In this document: positions 63,237 through 64,000 of the stretch, one piece after another | Position numbering within the stretch: position 1 is the stretch's first letter | How the letters are laid out: every line of letters begins with the position of its first letter | Assembly (NCBI RefSeq): GCF_036321535.1 | Contig: NC_087437.1 | Location: 75,084,001 to 75,148,000 of the forward strand | Direction: 5' to 3' | Source of the DNA: Camelus dromedarius | Taxonomy: Eukaryota | DNA: 64,000 nucleotides | The notes under the pieces: generated by a model | Database searches by the model: none | Seen by the model: the letters and a program-made list of their open reading frames with translations, nothing else | Told to the model about the DNA's origin: nothing | Translations under genes and position numbers: made by a program

Positions 63237-64000
63237 TAAGCCTCCCTCCAAAAAAAATGTCACAAATACTTAGGAAGTAAAATATATTTCTTTCAGATTT
63301 ACTTCATGCATTTCTGTTGCCAATTATTTCTAGGAGGTTTTAAATTTAGTTACAATTTTATTTCACGCTAGTAGCTCATCAGTTAGAGTGGGTGTGTGTG
63401 TTTTCAAACCTTCACATTTTATCACTGGCACCTCTGATGTTGCTTCTCTACAGATTTAAGGCTGGGTACTGGAAGCAGATGGCAGGTACAGCTGCTGACA
63501 GCTGGAGTCTGGTCTCGGCAAAGCTGGTATCACAGCAACAATTCACTTCCACTGACCTGCAGGTGCTGCTCCTGCTTTGAGACAGCACTGTAGTGCAGCA
63601 GGAGGAGCATGGGCTTTTGAGTTTTCTTGTCTTTAAGATGTAGATAATAATTTCCACCTTGCAGCATGTCTGAGGACTAAATAAGATTAGGAATATTAAG
63701 TTCTGCAGCAATCTTGGAATTTAGAGTTAAAAAAAAAAAAAAGAATGTTTCCTTTCTTCTTCTTCTCCCACCTCCAGCTGATGCTCTGGTGTCTCCAACT
63801 GAGTCCCCAGCCACCTTGCTCTAGCACGATGAGGGTCAAGTTGGCACCGAGCTCAGTTACTGTATGTCTCCCATTTAGAAGAATCCTGCATTGCAAGACT
63901 ATATCCCAGGCATAGTGCTAACTGTTTGGTCGTATGGTATATAGAAAAATGAATTCAAATCTGTGTCTTGATGGATGCTTGCTCATTGAATATGCACCTA

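Noticed and set aside
63696..63896. ORF with an Ig-strand-like motif (ELGANLTLIVLE)
   Set aside because: No upstream Ig-domain Cys/Trp framework; the adjacent sequence resembles an L2 3' end and contains stops. Chance similarity.
1..64000. CRISPR arrays, operons or other prokaryotic-type systems
   Set aside because: The sequence is mammalian intron and intergenic DNA, with no regularly spaced repeat-spacer arrays or long uninterrupted ORFs.

Overview
Mammalian genomic DNA, very probably camelid, judged from Vic-1-type tRNA-derived SINEs and a young L1 3' UTR of the camelid type. The window is the TRAT1-RETNLB locus with the two genes head-to-head. On the minus strand are the first two coding exons of TRAT1 (TRIM adaptor; 12562-12568 and 1172-1282); the rest of that gene lies off the left edge. 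On the plus strand is a complete, intact RETNLB (resistin-like beta / RELM-beta / FIZZ2) gene: TATA box, probable short non-coding exon, three coding exons (54918-55044, 55466-55546, 56152-56279; 111 aa) and AATAAA. The ORF track recovers neither gene, and its ORFs are spurious or repeat-derived. The ~42 kb between the genes is mostly L1, L2, MIR, MaLR/ERV LTRs and DNA-transposon relics. The most notable observation is that this RELM-beta has Asp in place of the N-terminal interchain-disulfide cysteine, leaving 10 mature cysteines as in RELM-alpha. Also notable are a STAT6/CDX/KLF/TATA proximal promoter next to a stack of LTRs, and two old local duplications, one split by a young, internally deleted L1. 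I see no evidence of a wholly new biological system. Repeat family names come from recalled consensus sequences and need RepeatMasker/Dfam confirmation.
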